A stretch of 64,000 bases of DNA, from NCBI GenBank assembly GCA_016176335.1, contig JACOXI010000003.1, positions 258,477 through 322,476 on the forward strand, read 5' to 3'. Position 1 is the first letter of the stretch; each line of letters starts with the position of its first letter. This document shows positions 44,627 to 53,664 of this stretch, in pieces. The position numbers and the translations under genes were made by a program. Origin of the DNA: Candidatus Daviesbacteria bacterium (GTDB lineage Bacteria > Patescibacteriota > Microgenomatia > Daviesbacterales > UBA10151). The notes beneath the pieces were generated by a model. That model worked only from the letters and a program-made list of their open reading frames with translations, was not told the origin of the DNA and did no database searches.

Positions 44627-44686
44627 AACATAGTAAATGAGTCATAAGGATAGAAGGGTTCGAAACCGATACGTTCAGCTTTTAAA

Positions 44687-44782
44687 ATGATTAAACTTGT
44701 TGCTTTTGATTGGAACGGAACTATTTTTGCAGATACTCATGCAATTTTCGAGAGTGAAATAGGGATTATGCGCAAGATGTAG
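44687..44782 (+). pseudogene. N-terminal remnant (31 codons) of a HAD-superfamily hydrolase gene
   Basis: ATG…MIKLVAFDWNGTIFADTHAIFESEIGIMRKM* carries HAD motif I (FDWNGT) but stops after 31 codons. No continuation in any frame. Confidence 0.45.
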
Positions 44783-44817
44783 TTGAACTATAGGGTGATT
44801 GGTGATATACTACAAAA

Positions 44818-45597
44818 ATGGGAAAAGAAGAAGAACGTATTGCCTATCTCCGACAAACTCCTATGGAGATTGGAACAATTCAAGCACGATATAGAACGGC
44901 GCTTGAAGTTGCACAGAGATTATTAGGAGATAAGACTTCTCTTTGGTTAGATATTGGATCCAATCTTGGATTTGGATTACAGGAGTTATGTCCATCTATA
45001 AACAGAGTGATAGCAGTTGATATAGACCCTGAATATATCCAGCTAGCATCAGAAAGAAATCCTCAGGTAAGAGGAGTAGCAATGGACGGTTGCCAACTTG
45101 GTTTTCCTAATGAGCGTTTTGATTTAGTAAGTTTATTTGAAGTGATTGAGCACACGGGAGAAGTACAGCAAAGAAATTTACTTGCGGAAGCAAACAGAAT
45201 TCTCAAACCTGAAGGGATACTCCTTCTGTCTACCCCAAATAAAGACGCTCATGGTAGAAGACAAATGGGTATTGATCACGAAAGAGAACTAAGACCTCAA
45301 GAACTTAAACAGCTGTTAGCAGAAGGAGGATTTATTATTCAGGATACCTTTGGACAAATATTTTTAAATGGCAGCTTATTTCACGATATACTTCAGAATG
45401 TAAGAGTAAACCCTTTAGCTACTTTTATATATTATCAACTTATTCCGTTTTCTTTAAGAAGGGGTATAAGCGATTTTACTCTTTCTTCTCAAAGTCCATT
45501 ACAGGTAAGAAGCCCCAAACCATACGAGATACCAAGAATAATGTTTGTTGTTTGTCAAAAAAACTTCAACAGTTCGTTTGAAGACTACACTACATAA
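44818..45597 (+). CDS. class I SAM-dependent methyltransferase (Methyltransf_11/23-like)
   Basis: Motif I LDIGSNLGFG, post-I acidic VIAVDID, motif III-like region. GC-richer than neighbours. The 3' end overlaps the ribD stop by about 13 nt (convergent). Confidence 0.65.
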   Translation: MGKEEERIAYLRQTPMEIGTIQARYRTALEVAQRLLGDKTSLWLDIGSNLGFGLQELCPSINRVIAVDIDPEYIQLASERNPQVRGVAMDGCQLGFPNERFDLVSLFEVIEHTGEVQQRNLLAEANRILKPEGILLLSTPNKDAHGRRQMGIDHERELRPQELKQLLAEGGFIIQDTFGQIFLNGSLFHDILQNVRVNPLATFIYYQLIPFSLRRGISDFTLSSQSPLQVRSPKPYEIPRIMFVVCQKNFNSSFEDYTT

Positions 45598-46592
45598 CCT
45601 ATGGTTAAAAGGTTATCATCAAATCTTTTGTATGAAAGATTTTTTAAATGTATGGATTGTGAGATAGTTTGAACTCCTTGTCCAGCTATGGCACTGATGG
45701 CCTTTTTTCCACCAACAAGGATAGGAGCATGAAAGGCATATACTTTATCAACCACTTTGGCATCCACAAAACTTCCCAAAACACTTCCTCCTCCCTCCAC
45801 CAAAATACTGATTATTTCTTTTTCCCTCAAGACTGATAAAAGATCATGGATTTTTTTAGCTTTTATAATTAAGACATTTTGATCCCGCAAAACTTGGGCA
45901 TCATCTGGAATTTGCACTCTTTGGCCCAGGATGATCCGTAGCGGGTCTTTTTTCCCTTTCATCCTCACACCTAAATGGGGATTATCTTTTAAAACTGTAT
46001 TTATTCCCACCAAAACTGCCTGATACTGCCCCCGCAAACTTCTGGCATATTTCCTTGCCTTTTCATTGGTAATCCATTTTGATTCACCGGTTCTGGTGGC
46101 AATTTTACCATCCAAGGAGGCTGCAAATTTTAGGGCAATAAAAGGACGCTTTTTCTCATGAAATGTAAAAAATGCTTCATTTAAGGTTCGTGCCTCACTC
46201 TCTAACACTCCTACTAAAACTTCAATCCCTGCTTTTTGCAATTTAGCTAAGCCAAAACTTCGGACCTTTGGGTTTGGATCCAGTGTCGCACAAACCACTC
46301 TGGTTATTCCCGCTTGGATGATGGTATCAACGCAGGGTGGTGTTTTGCCAAAATGGGAGCAGGGTTCCAGATTAACATATAATGTTGCTCCTTTTGGATT
46401 TTCTTTACACTTTTGCAGTGCCTCAATTTCCGCGTGTGGCAGACCAAATACTTTATGATAACCTTTTCCGATCATCCTGCCGCCCTTTACAATAAGGGCT
46501 CCAACCATAGGATTAGGATATGTCCAGCTCACCCCTTTTTTGGCAAGTTTTAATGTTTCATTAATGAAAAATTCATCTTGGGTATAAGTCAT
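45585..46592 (-). CDS. ribD: bifunctional riboflavin biosynthesis deaminase/reductase RibD
   Basis: CMP/dCMP deaminase zinc motif HAEIEAL…PCSHFGKTPPC and a C-terminal RibD reductase domain. Confidence 0.9.
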   Translation of the reverse strand: MTYTQDEFFINETLKLAKKGVSWTYPNPMVGALIVKGGRMIGKGYHKVFGLPHAEIEALQKCKENPKGATLYVNLEPCSHFGKTPPCVDTIIQAGITRVVCATLDPNPKVRSFGLAKLQKAGIEVLVGVLESEARTLNEAFFTFHEKKRPFIALKFAASLDGKIATRTGESKWITNEKARKYARSLRGQYQAVLVGINTVLKDNPHLGVRMKGKKDPLRIILGQRVQIPDDAQVLRDQNVLIIKAKKIHDLLSVLREKEIISILVEGGGSVLGSFVDAKVVDKVYAFHAPILVGGKKAISAIAGQGVQTISQSIHLKNLSYKRFDDNLLTIGYVV

Positions 46593-46597
46593 GGGAA

Positions 46598-47824
46598 TTA
46601 AACCTCTCTTAGATGGTGAGACAGTTTTTGTTTTTTGGTGGCAAGATATTGTTTATTATTTTTATTAGGTTTTATTTCCAGTGGCACAGTTTGTAAAACA
46701 TCTATACCAAAACTGGAAAGTTGCTGCTCTTTATCCGGATTATTAGTTAAAAGATATATTTTTGAAATACCTAAATCTTTTAACATATCTGCTGCAATTT
46801 TGTAGCCGCGAGCATCAATCGGTAAGCCTAATTTGGTATTTGCTTCAACAGTATCAAGACCCAGATCTTGCAGTGCATAGGCTTTTATCTTATTTGTTAA
46901 TCCAATTCCTCTTCCTTCCTGATTTAGATAGAGAATTACACCCTGCCCCTTTTTTTGAATCAGCTTCATGCTCTGGTGTAGTTGCGCTCCACAATCACAC
47001 CTAAGTGACAGTAGAGTATCACCTGTTAGACATTGAGAGTGTACTCTGGTCAGTATTGGGTTTGTAATTTTGCCTAAAAGCAGTACCACATGCTCACTTT
47101 GATCAGCCAGAGATTTGTAAATGAATAATTTAAATGTGCCATATTTAGTAGGCAAGAGCGAATAGGCTGTTTTTACCAGCTCTTCTTTCTCTTTTGTTTC
47201 TCCCAAGGGGTGTTTTTTAAGATATTTAACCAGTCCCTCAATTGCCACAATTTTAATATGTAATTTTTGGGCCAGTTTTTTAAGATCAGCTAATCTGGCC
47301 ATCCTGCCATCACTTCCTATAATTTCACAAATCACTCCTGCCGGGTTAAAACCCGCAAGTTGAGAAAGATCTACTGCTGCTTCGGTATGACCGGCTCTTT
47401 TTAACACCCCGCCCGTTTTGGCCACCAGACCAAAAACATGACCTGGTTTTATCAAATCTTCCGGTTTTGATCTGGGGTTTGCTAAAATTTTAATGGTCTT
47501 TAGCCGATCAAAAGCAGATATCCCTGTTGAAACATTGTTTTTAGCATTGACTGAAACAGTAAAGTTTACTTTGGTTTTTTCGGTATTTTCCCAAGGTGGA
47601 GCCATCAACGGTAAGTGTAGACGGTGGGCTTGAGATTGGGTAATGGCACAACAAATAAGACCTCCCCCCTGGCGAATCATGGTGATTAGATGCTGAAGTT
47701 TTAGCTGATCAGCCGGTATATAAAAATCAGCCTCATTCTCACGCTTAGGATGATCTACTAAAATTAACATATTGCCTTTTTTAATCTGTTCTAAAGCCAC
47801 AGATATGCTTGAGAAATTACTCAT
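46598..47824 (-). CDS. ribBA: bifunctional 3,4-dihydroxy-2-butanone-4-phosphate synthase / GTP cyclohydrolase II
   Basis: RibB N-domain (…DHPKRENEADF…) and RibA C-domain with the zinc motif CDCGAQL. Confidence 0.9.
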   Translation of the reverse strand: MSNFSSISVALEQIKKGNMLILVDHPKRENEADFYIPADQLKLQHLITMIRQGGGLICCAITQSQAHRLHLPLMAPPWENTEKTKVNFTVSVNAKNNVSTGISAFDRLKTIKILANPRSKPEDLIKPGHVFGLVAKTGGVLKRAGHTEAAVDLSQLAGFNPAGVICEIIGSDGRMARLADLKKLAQKLHIKIVAIEGLVKYLKKHPLGETKEKEELVKTAYSLLPTKYGTFKLFIYKSLADQSEHVVLLLGKITNPILTRVHSQCLTGDTLLSLRCDCGAQLHQSMKLIQKKGQGVILYLNQEGRGIGLTNKIKAYALQDLGLDTVEANTKLGLPIDARGYKIAADMLKDLGISKIYLLTNNPDKEQQLSSFGIDVLQTVPLEIKPNKNNKQYLATKKQKLSHHLREV

Positions 47825-48264
47825 AGTTTTGACATCAGTCTGATCATTTCTAAAGCAGTCAAAGCTGCTTCCACTCCCTTATTTTCTTTTTTACGAGTTG
47901 CCCGCCCTATTGCATCTTTGAGATCATAAACTGCCAATACCTCAAAAATAACAGGAATTTCATATTGTAAGGATACTTCCATACAACCCCTGGCGCACTC
48001 CATCCCAATTTGCTCAAAATGGTAAGTTTTGCCTTTGACTATTGCCCCAAAGGCAATAATGGCGTCATATTTTCTTTTTTTGGCCAAAATTTTAGCCAGT
48101 AAAGGTATTTCTAAAGATCCGGGTACTCTAAAGATGTCTACCTGATCCCTACCTATCCCTTTTTTGGAAAGTGTAGTAAGGCAATTTTTCTGCAAGCTTT
48201 TCGTTACTTCTTCTCTGAAGCTACTACCTACAATGGCGATTTTAATATCTTTAATTTTTTTCAT
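47821..48264 (-). CDS. ribH: 6,7-dimethyl-8-ribityllumazine synthase
   Basis: 147 aa, lumazine synthase fold residues (…IAIVGSSFREEV…, …VPGSLEIP…). Confidence 0.9.
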   Translation of the reverse strand: MKKIKDIKIAIVGSSFREEVTKSLQKNCLTTLSKKGIGRDQVDIFRVPGSLEIPLLAKILAKKRKYDAIIAFGAIVKGKTYHFEQIGMECARGCMEVSLQYEIPVIFEVLAVYDLKDAIGRATRKKENKGVEAALTALEMIRLMSKL

Positions 48265-48847
48265 GTCCTTTTCCTTTTAACAGTTTTCTTGTGTATTTGG
48301 CTAAAATATCTACTTCAAGATTGACAAAACTACCAATTTTGACGGCGTGTAGCATGGTTGCTCTAAAGGTGTAGGGGGTAATTGCCACTGTAAAAGAATC
48401 TTTTTTGGTTTGGACAATTGTTAAAGAAATGCCATTTACCGCCACTGATCCTTTTTCAACTATAAACTTAGAAAGCCTTGCGGGATGCTTAACTAATAAA
48501 ATTTTGCTGTTTTTTTTGTTTTTAATCTCCTTAATAATGCCCACTCCGTCAACATGACCCTGCACAATATGTCCTGATAGAAAGGTATTCATAGTAACCG
48601 GTAATTCTAAGTTAACTAGGGTATTAGGTTGAAGATTGCCTAGCACTGTTGCCTTAAGGGTTTCTGGCATGACATCAGCATAAATAGTGTTGTTTTTAGC
48701 TTTATTGACAGTTAGGCAAACACCATTAATGGCAATACTGGTGCCTTCAGAGATTTGTTTCATAAGCTTTAGCGGAATTGCAAAGACAAACCCTTCTGGT
48801 GTTCGTTTAACAAATGTTCCTAAATGGGTAATGATGCCAGAAAACAT
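48251..48847 (-). CDS. ribE: riboflavin synthase alpha subunit
   Basis: MFSGIITHLGTF… with the duplicated lumazine-binding barrel (…INGVCLTV… / …VNGISLTI…). Confidence 0.9.
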   Translation of the reverse strand: MFSGIITHLGTFVKRTPEGFVFAIPLKLMKQISEGTSIAINGVCLTVNKAKNNTIYADVMPETLKATVLGNLQPNTLVNLELPVTMNTFLSGHIVQGHVDGVGIIKEIKNKKNSKILLVKHPARLSKFIVEKGSVAVNGISLTIVQTKKDSFTVAITPYTFRATMLHAVKIGSFVNLEVDILAKYTRKLLKGKGHEKN

Positions 48848-49075
48848 AAAAAATCCCCTTTCGGGGATACAATAAACACCAATTGGTGTATTTTTCTTTC
48901 TTTCATCCCGACTGTACCCTTCGATACTTCGACTTCGCTCAGTACTCAGGGTTCTTCACTTTGTGAAGAACGGTCGGCTTTGGACTTTCACCAAATCATC
49001 CATATACCGTTTCTGGTATGTGGTCGTGGGCTATACCACCGATTTTGACTTACACAAAACCCCGAAAGAACAGCT
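48848..49075 (-). promoter_or_regulatory. FMN riboswitch (RFN element) with terminator/SD-sequestering expression platform, 5' of the rib operon
   Basis: The minus strand reads …UCUUUCGGGGuuuuGUG.AA.UC…AUCGGUGGUauAGCCCaCGAcc…GGAUgauuugGUGAAAGUCCAAAGCCGACCGU…AAAGU…GAAGGGUACAGUCGGGAUGAAAGAAAG. This matches RFN conserved blocks (CGGGG, ACCGG.GGU, AGCCCGCGA, AAGCCGACAGU.AAAGU, GGAUG.AAGA). It is followed by AUCCCCgaaaGGGGAU plus U6 directly abutting the ribE ATG; the 3' half-stem GGGGA is the likely SD. Confidence 0.7.
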
Positions 49076-49264
49076 ATAGTATAACACAAAAAAATACATT
49101 CGACTATGCTCAGTATTTTTTTTGTGCTGAGTAATATCGAAGCACAAAAAAACTCGCGCAAGGCGAGTTTTCTTGAGAACCTACTTTTCAGTAAGCCAAA
49201 TGTTTATATCAAACAGATCAAGATGGGTCAAGTAGTACAAAATAGATCATGATACAATTAAGAT

Positions 49265-49717
49265 ATGGTATACCTTGGTACTGATCATGCGGGGTTTGAG
49301 TTAAAAGAAAAAATTAAAGGGTTTTTAAAGGAGCAGGGATATGAGACCGAAGATTTTGGTGCACATTCTTTAGATTTGGAGGATGACTACCCTGATTTTA
49401 TATCAAAAGCTGCGGAAGCTGTTTCCAAAAATCCGGAAAGCAAGGCAATAATTTTGGGAGGTTCAGGACAAGGAGAGGCCATAGTTGCTAATAAATATCC
49501 CAATGTTAGAGCTGTTGTATATTACGGGAGAGCGCAGCAGATACCTGCTCTGGCTCGCCAACACAATGATGCCAACATCTTGTCTCTGGGAGCCAGATTT
49601 TTAACCGAGGAAGAAGCATTAGAGGCTGTTGGGTTATTTTTGCAAACTCCATTTACTAAAGAAGCGCGTCATGTCAGAAGAATAGAAAAAATAGAACATA
49701 TAGAGCAAAGTCGTTAA
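49265..49717 (+). CDS. rpiB: ribose-5-phosphate isomerase B
   Basis: MVYLGTDHAGFELKE… and …IILGGSGQGEAIVANK… (RpiB/LacAB family). 150 aa. Confidence 0.85.
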   Translation: MVYLGTDHAGFELKEKIKGFLKEQGYETEDFGAHSLDLEDDYPDFISKAAEAVSKNPESKAIILGGSGQGEAIVANKYPNVRAVVYYGRAQQIPALARQHNDANILSLGARFLTEEEALEAVGLFLQTPFTKEARHVRRIEKIEHIEQSR

Positions 49718-50359
49718 ATGGTACAAATTATTCCGGCCATACTTTCTACCTCAGAGGATGATTACGCAAGAGATGTCTCGCGTTACCAGAAGTCTTCATT
49801 CTTCCAAGAAGGTTGGGTTCATATTGATTTCATGGACAATATTTTTGTTCCAAATAAAAGTATTGAACCGCCAGTAATAGCTAAACACCCGATTAATTTA
49901 CATAAAGAAGCTCACCCCATGGTCTTACATCCTTTGCAATGGGTTGACAGTTTAGTGAAGGTGGGATTTGAGAGGATAATTTTTCATATAGAGGCAGCAG
50001 ATACTAGTGAATGTATAGAGTATATCAAGAGTCAGGGACTTGAGGTAGGACTGGCTATAAATAATAAGACCCCTATGGAGAAACTAACACCTTTCATTGC
50101 TAAAATAGATGTGGTACTAGTGATGTCTATCATCCCGGGTTTTCAGGGACAACCGTTTATTCATGAGTCTTTGGATAAAATCAGAAAATTAAAATCTAAG
50201 GAATGGAAAGTCCGAATCGGGATAGATGGAGCAGTGAAAGATGATAATATTAGGGAGATTGTTGATGCGGGAGTAGATTTTATCACAGTTGGTTCGTATC
50301 TTCTTAAAGGGGATATTGATGAAAATTTAGAAAAGTTATGGGAGGTAATCAATGAATGA
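49718..50359 (+). CDS. rpe: ribulose-phosphate 3-epimerase-like TIM-barrel enzyme
   Basis: HIDFMDNIFVPN (cf. RPE HVDVMDGHFVPN), …HIEA…, C-terminal …GIDGAV…GVDFITVGS. Confidence 0.75.
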   Translation: MVQIIPAILSTSEDDYARDVSRYQKSSFFQEGWVHIDFMDNIFVPNKSIEPPVIAKHPINLHKEAHPMVLHPLQWVDSLVKVGFERIIFHIEAADTSECIEYIKSQGLEVGLAINNKTPMEKLTPFIAKIDVVLVMSIIPGFQGQPFIHESLDKIRKLKSKEWKVRIGIDGAVKDDNIREIVDAGVDFITVGSYLLKGDIDENLEKLWEVINE

Positions 50360-50984
50360 TAATACTTTAAGAAAAGCTAAAAATATTGAGCAGGTGGCAA
50401 TTTTCGGATCATCGCATGCAGCGCTTGACAGCCAACTGGCAAAAGATACATCTGAAGTTTCCAAAAAATTAGCAGAAGCGGGATATATTGTGGTGGATGG
50501 CGGAGGACCGGGGGTTATGAGAGCGGCAACAGAAGGGGCAAAGTCTGTTGGAGGTAAGGTGATAGGGATAGTGTTGGAAGCAGATGAGCACATGCATTAT
50601 GAGGGAAGGGATCCCGAGAATAAATTTGACATAGAGATTAAGGCAAAAAATTTTGTAGAAAGGACAATCGCGCTGATGCGGGAAGGTCAGGTTTATGTGG
50701 TATTTAATGGTGGGACAGGCACCATATCGGAATTTGGCATGGCGTGGGGGTTAGCCAAATTATACTTTGGTCACCATAAACCGCTTATTTTGTACGGTAA
50801 GTTTTGGGAAAATATTATGAATACATTTAAAGAAAATATGCTGATAACAAACGAGGAGAGAGAGGTATATAAAATTGTAGACTCCCCAGAAGGTGTTTTA
50901 GAAGCAATTATTCAGTTTGAAGAAGAATTGGAAAAAGGGGAGCATAAGTATATTCAAACAACCAGAGGTGATTTCACAAATTAG
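50352..50984 (+). CDS. LOG-family (TIGR00730) Rossmann-fold nucleotide-binding protein
   Basis: GGGPGVMRAATEGA…VIGI and …FNGGTGTISEF… motifs characteristic of LOG/YvdD proteins. Confidence 0.7.
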   Translation: MNDNTLRKAKNIEQVAIFGSSHAALDSQLAKDTSEVSKKLAEAGYIVVDGGGPGVMRAATEGAKSVGGKVIGIVLEADEHMHYEGRDPENKFDIEIKAKNFVERTIALMREGQVYVVFNGGTGTISEFGMAWGLAKLYFGHHKPLILYGKFWENIMNTFKENMLITNEEREVYKIVDSPEGVLEAIIQFEEELEKGEHKYIQTTRGDFTN

Positions 50985-51000
50985 TGATACTATTAAAGTT

Positions 51001-51837
51001 ATGACTTTAACTGATACAGATTATCGTAAGTTGGAGGAGAAAGCCAATTTAATCCGCCAGGATATTATTAAAATGCTTTTGGAGGCAGGTTCCGGCCATT
51101 CTGCCGGACCTTTGGGGATGGCAGATATTTTTGCTGCCTTGTATTTTAATATTTTAAAGCATGATCCTGCTAAGCCGGATTGGGAAGATCGGGATAGGCT
51201 AATTTTATCCAATGGACATATTTGTCCGGTACGTTATGCGGCCATGGCTCATGCCGGTTATTTTCCTATTTCCGAACTTAAAACTTTGAGAAAATTAGGG
51301 AGCAGACTTCAAGGACATCCACACAGAGGTGCACTTCCAGGTATTGAAACAACATCAGGTCCCCTAGGATCCGGATTATCACAAGCAATAGGGTTGGCAT
51401 TGGCAGGCAGAATTGATGGGGCAAAATGGAGAGTAATTTGCCTCATGTCAGATGGAGAGCAGGATGAAGGAAATACCTGGGAAGCAGTAATGCTTGCCAG
51501 TAAATACAAACTACACAATATGACTGCCTTAATGGATCGTAACAATATTCAAATTGACGGGTTTACGGAAGATGTAATGCCGCTGGATTCCTTAAAAAAT
51601 AAATACGAAGCTTTTGGTTGGTATGTTTTAGAGATTGACGGCCATAATATGGAGGAAATAATTGATGCTTTCAGTCAGGCCAAAGCAATTTTTGAAAAAC
51701 CGACTTTAATTATTGCCCACACAATTCCAGGGAAAGGTGTTGATTTTATGGAGAATAAATTTGAATGGCATGGAAAACCACCCAATAAAGAAGAAGCAGA
51801 GCTGGCTTTAAAACAGCTACAGAAATCAGGGGAGTAA
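51001..51837 (+). CDS. transketolase, N-terminal (thiamine-diphosphate-binding) subunit
   Basis: …GSGHSAGPLGMADIFAALYF… and the GDGE/N metal motif (…MSDGEQDEGNTWEA…). The split-gene arrangement is completed by the next ORF. Confidence 0.85.
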   Translation: MTLTDTDYRKLEEKANLIRQDIIKMLLEAGSGHSAGPLGMADIFAALYFNILKHDPAKPDWEDRDRLILSNGHICPVRYAAMAHAGYFPISELKTLRKLGSRLQGHPHRGALPGIETTSGPLGSGLSQAIGLALAGRIDGAKWRVICLMSDGEQDEGNTWEAVMLASKYKLHNMTALMDRNNIQIDGFTEDVMPLDSLKNKYEAFGWYVLEIDGHNMEEIIDAFSQAKAIFEKPTLIIAHTIPGKGVDFMENKFEWHGKPPNKEEAELALKQLQKSGE

Positions 51838-51841
51838 AATT

Positions 51842-52831
51842 ATGATAAATAGAAAAATGAATTTAAACAGTAAACTTTTTGATGATGGTGTAGAGCAAAT
51901 TCCCAGCCGCAATGGTTTTGGAGAAGGGTTAGTTTTGGCAGCAGAAGAGAATGAACAGGTGGTCGGACTGTGTGCAGATCTGACTGAATCTACCAGAATG
52001 CAAGCATTTGCCGAAAAATTCCCGCAAAGATTTATAGAAGTTGGTGTAGCTGAACAAAATTTGGCAACTGTGGCAGCAGGAATGGCTCTTGGAGGGAAGA
52101 TTCCTTTCATCGCATCTTATGCAACTTTCTCCCCAGGTAGAAATTGGGAACAAATCAGAACAACTATTTGCTATAACGATGTGCCAGTTAAAATTATCGG
52201 TTCTCATGCCGGAGTTTCTGTTGGACCGGACGGAGCAACACATCAAGCCTTAGAGGATATAGCTATGATGCGTGTATCACCAAATGTGGTGGTAGTTTCT
52301 CCAGCAGATTCAATTGAAGCTAGAAAAGCCACTTTAGCAATTGCCCGCCTCAATAAACCTTGTTATTTGAGACTCTCCAGAGACAAAGTTCCTGTTATCA
52401 CCACCAATACTACCCCTTTTGAAATAGGAAAAGCAGAGGTTTTCTATGAAGGAAAGGATGCTACGATTGTTGCAACAGGACAGATGGTATATAGAGCCTT
52501 AATGGCAGCAAAAGAGTTGGAATCGAGTAAAATTTCTGTTCGAGTAATAAATTGTCACACGATAAAACCAATAGACCAAGAAACTATTTTAAAAGCTGCA
52601 AAAGAAACAGGGGCAATAGTTAGTGCGGAAGAGCATCAAGTTACAGGAGGATTGGGCGGGGCGGTGGCTGAAGTTTTGTCCCAAAATTACCCTGTACCTT
52701 TACAGATAGTTGGTATTGAGGACAGATTTGGTGAATCAGGTGCACCGAATGAACTTATGGAAAAATTCGGATTGACAAAGAATGCAATTATAAAAGCTAT
52801 AATGCAAGTTTTAAGAATGAAAGGAAAATGA
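51842..52831 (+). CDS. transketolase, C-terminal (pyrimidine-binding + C-terminal domain) subunit
   Basis: …IEVGVAEQNLATVAAGMAL… and …IGSHAGVSVGPDGATHQALEDIA… are transketolase Pyr-domain signatures. Confidence 0.85.
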   Translation: MINRKMNLNSKLFDDGVEQIPSRNGFGEGLVLAAEENEQVVGLCADLTESTRMQAFAEKFPQRFIEVGVAEQNLATVAAGMALGGKIPFIASYATFSPGRNWEQIRTTICYNDVPVKIIGSHAGVSVGPDGATHQALEDIAMMRVSPNVVVVSPADSIEARKATLAIARLNKPCYLRLSRDKVPVITTNTTPFEIGKAEVFYEGKDATIVATGQMVYRALMAAKELESSKISVRVINCHTIKPIDQETILKAAKETGAIVSAEEHQVTGGLGGAVAEVLSQNYPVPLQIVGIEDRFGESGAPNELMEKFGLTKNAIIKAIMQVLRMKGK

Positions 52832-52916
52832 AGATGTGTGAGACTTGCGGGCAAGCTTTTTCCTCATTGGTGGCGGGGGTAATATCGCTTATCTCTTTTA
52901 TCCTTTTTCCCCTACT

Positions 52917-53585
52917 TCAGCTTTTTTTTGCCTCAATTAGATTACTTTTGAGTAAGGTTGGTAGGATCATGGTAACAATTCGTACTATTACAACAAAGGC
53001 AGCAAAACCGAAAGTTATCTGGCCAACCACCCTTTTGATTACTAAAACTCCATTGACAGATTCAACTAAATAAAAGTGTAAAACTGCCAAAATTAATGCC
53101 AGATATGCTGTTGACTGGACAATTTTCCAAATCTTAGGGCTTAAAGAATTTAAAGCCAGCTTGTTAGAGGTTAAGGTGACTGCCGAAAGTATTAATAAAG
53201 AAGCCAGACCAGCCAGCAAGCCAAGGTATTTGGGACTGGCCGGGTTAAATAATTTGGCTAGATTGTAATTAACATAGAAAATATAAATTAAAATAGCATG
53301 GGATAGGGCAACAAAAAAGCTCAATATTCCCCAAAATTTCCGGTGGGCTTTTAAAACATCCAAGGTAGGGAAAAACCTGCAGGCAGGGCCAATCAGTAAA
53401 GTTAGGGATAGCAGGGCAACAGACATTAGGCCGGTGGTTTTAACCATTTCTTGAGGGGAAACTTTGCCAAAATTGTAAAACTGAAAATACAGCCAGAAAA
53501 GGATGAGCGGTACCCCAAAATCAATTAATCTTTGGGTTATATTTTTATCTTCAGAGTAATGATAAGGATGGACTTTATTTTTCAT
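52917..53585 (-). CDS. ferric-reductase-like (YedZ/MsrQ-type) haem-binding membrane protein
   Basis: 6-TM protein with spaced His in TM helices (…AHRKFWGILSFFVALSHAIL…, …LILAVLHFYL…). The overlapping +strand ORF 52828–53073 is probably spurious. Confidence 0.4.
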   Translation of the reverse strand: MKNKVHPYHYSEDKNITQRLIDFGVPLILFWLYFQFYNFGKVSPQEMVKTTGLMSVALLSLTLLIGPACRFFPTLDVLKAHRKFWGILSFFVALSHAILIYIFYVNYNLAKLFNPASPKYLGLLAGLASLLILSAVTLTSNKLALNSLSPKIWKIVQSTAYLALILAVLHFYLVESVNGVLVIKRVVGQITFGFAAFVVIVRIVTMILPTLLKSNLIEAKKS

Positions 53586-53664
53586 TGACTAAATGGTGTG
53601 TATTAAAGATTATACCACATGAGATCTTGACATATCCCCTATGGGGGGATATAGTATATGGATT

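Noticed and set aside
44650-44680. tRNA-like T-loop 'GGTTCGAAACC' between the 493-aa gene and the HAD stump
   Set aside because: No acceptor, D or anticodon arms can be folded around it. It is possibly a degraded fragment, not a tRNA gene.
48895-49060. 'CGAAG/GTCGAAG/CTCAGG' words suggesting another copy of the intergenic GC-palindrome family
   Set aside because: Read on the minus strand, the block is an FMN riboswitch aptamer. The word similarity is incidental to GC-rich structured RNA.
52828-53073. 81-aa +strand ORF after tktC
   Set aside because: It overlaps the better-supported convergent ferric-reductase-like membrane gene and lacks an RBS. It is probably spurious.
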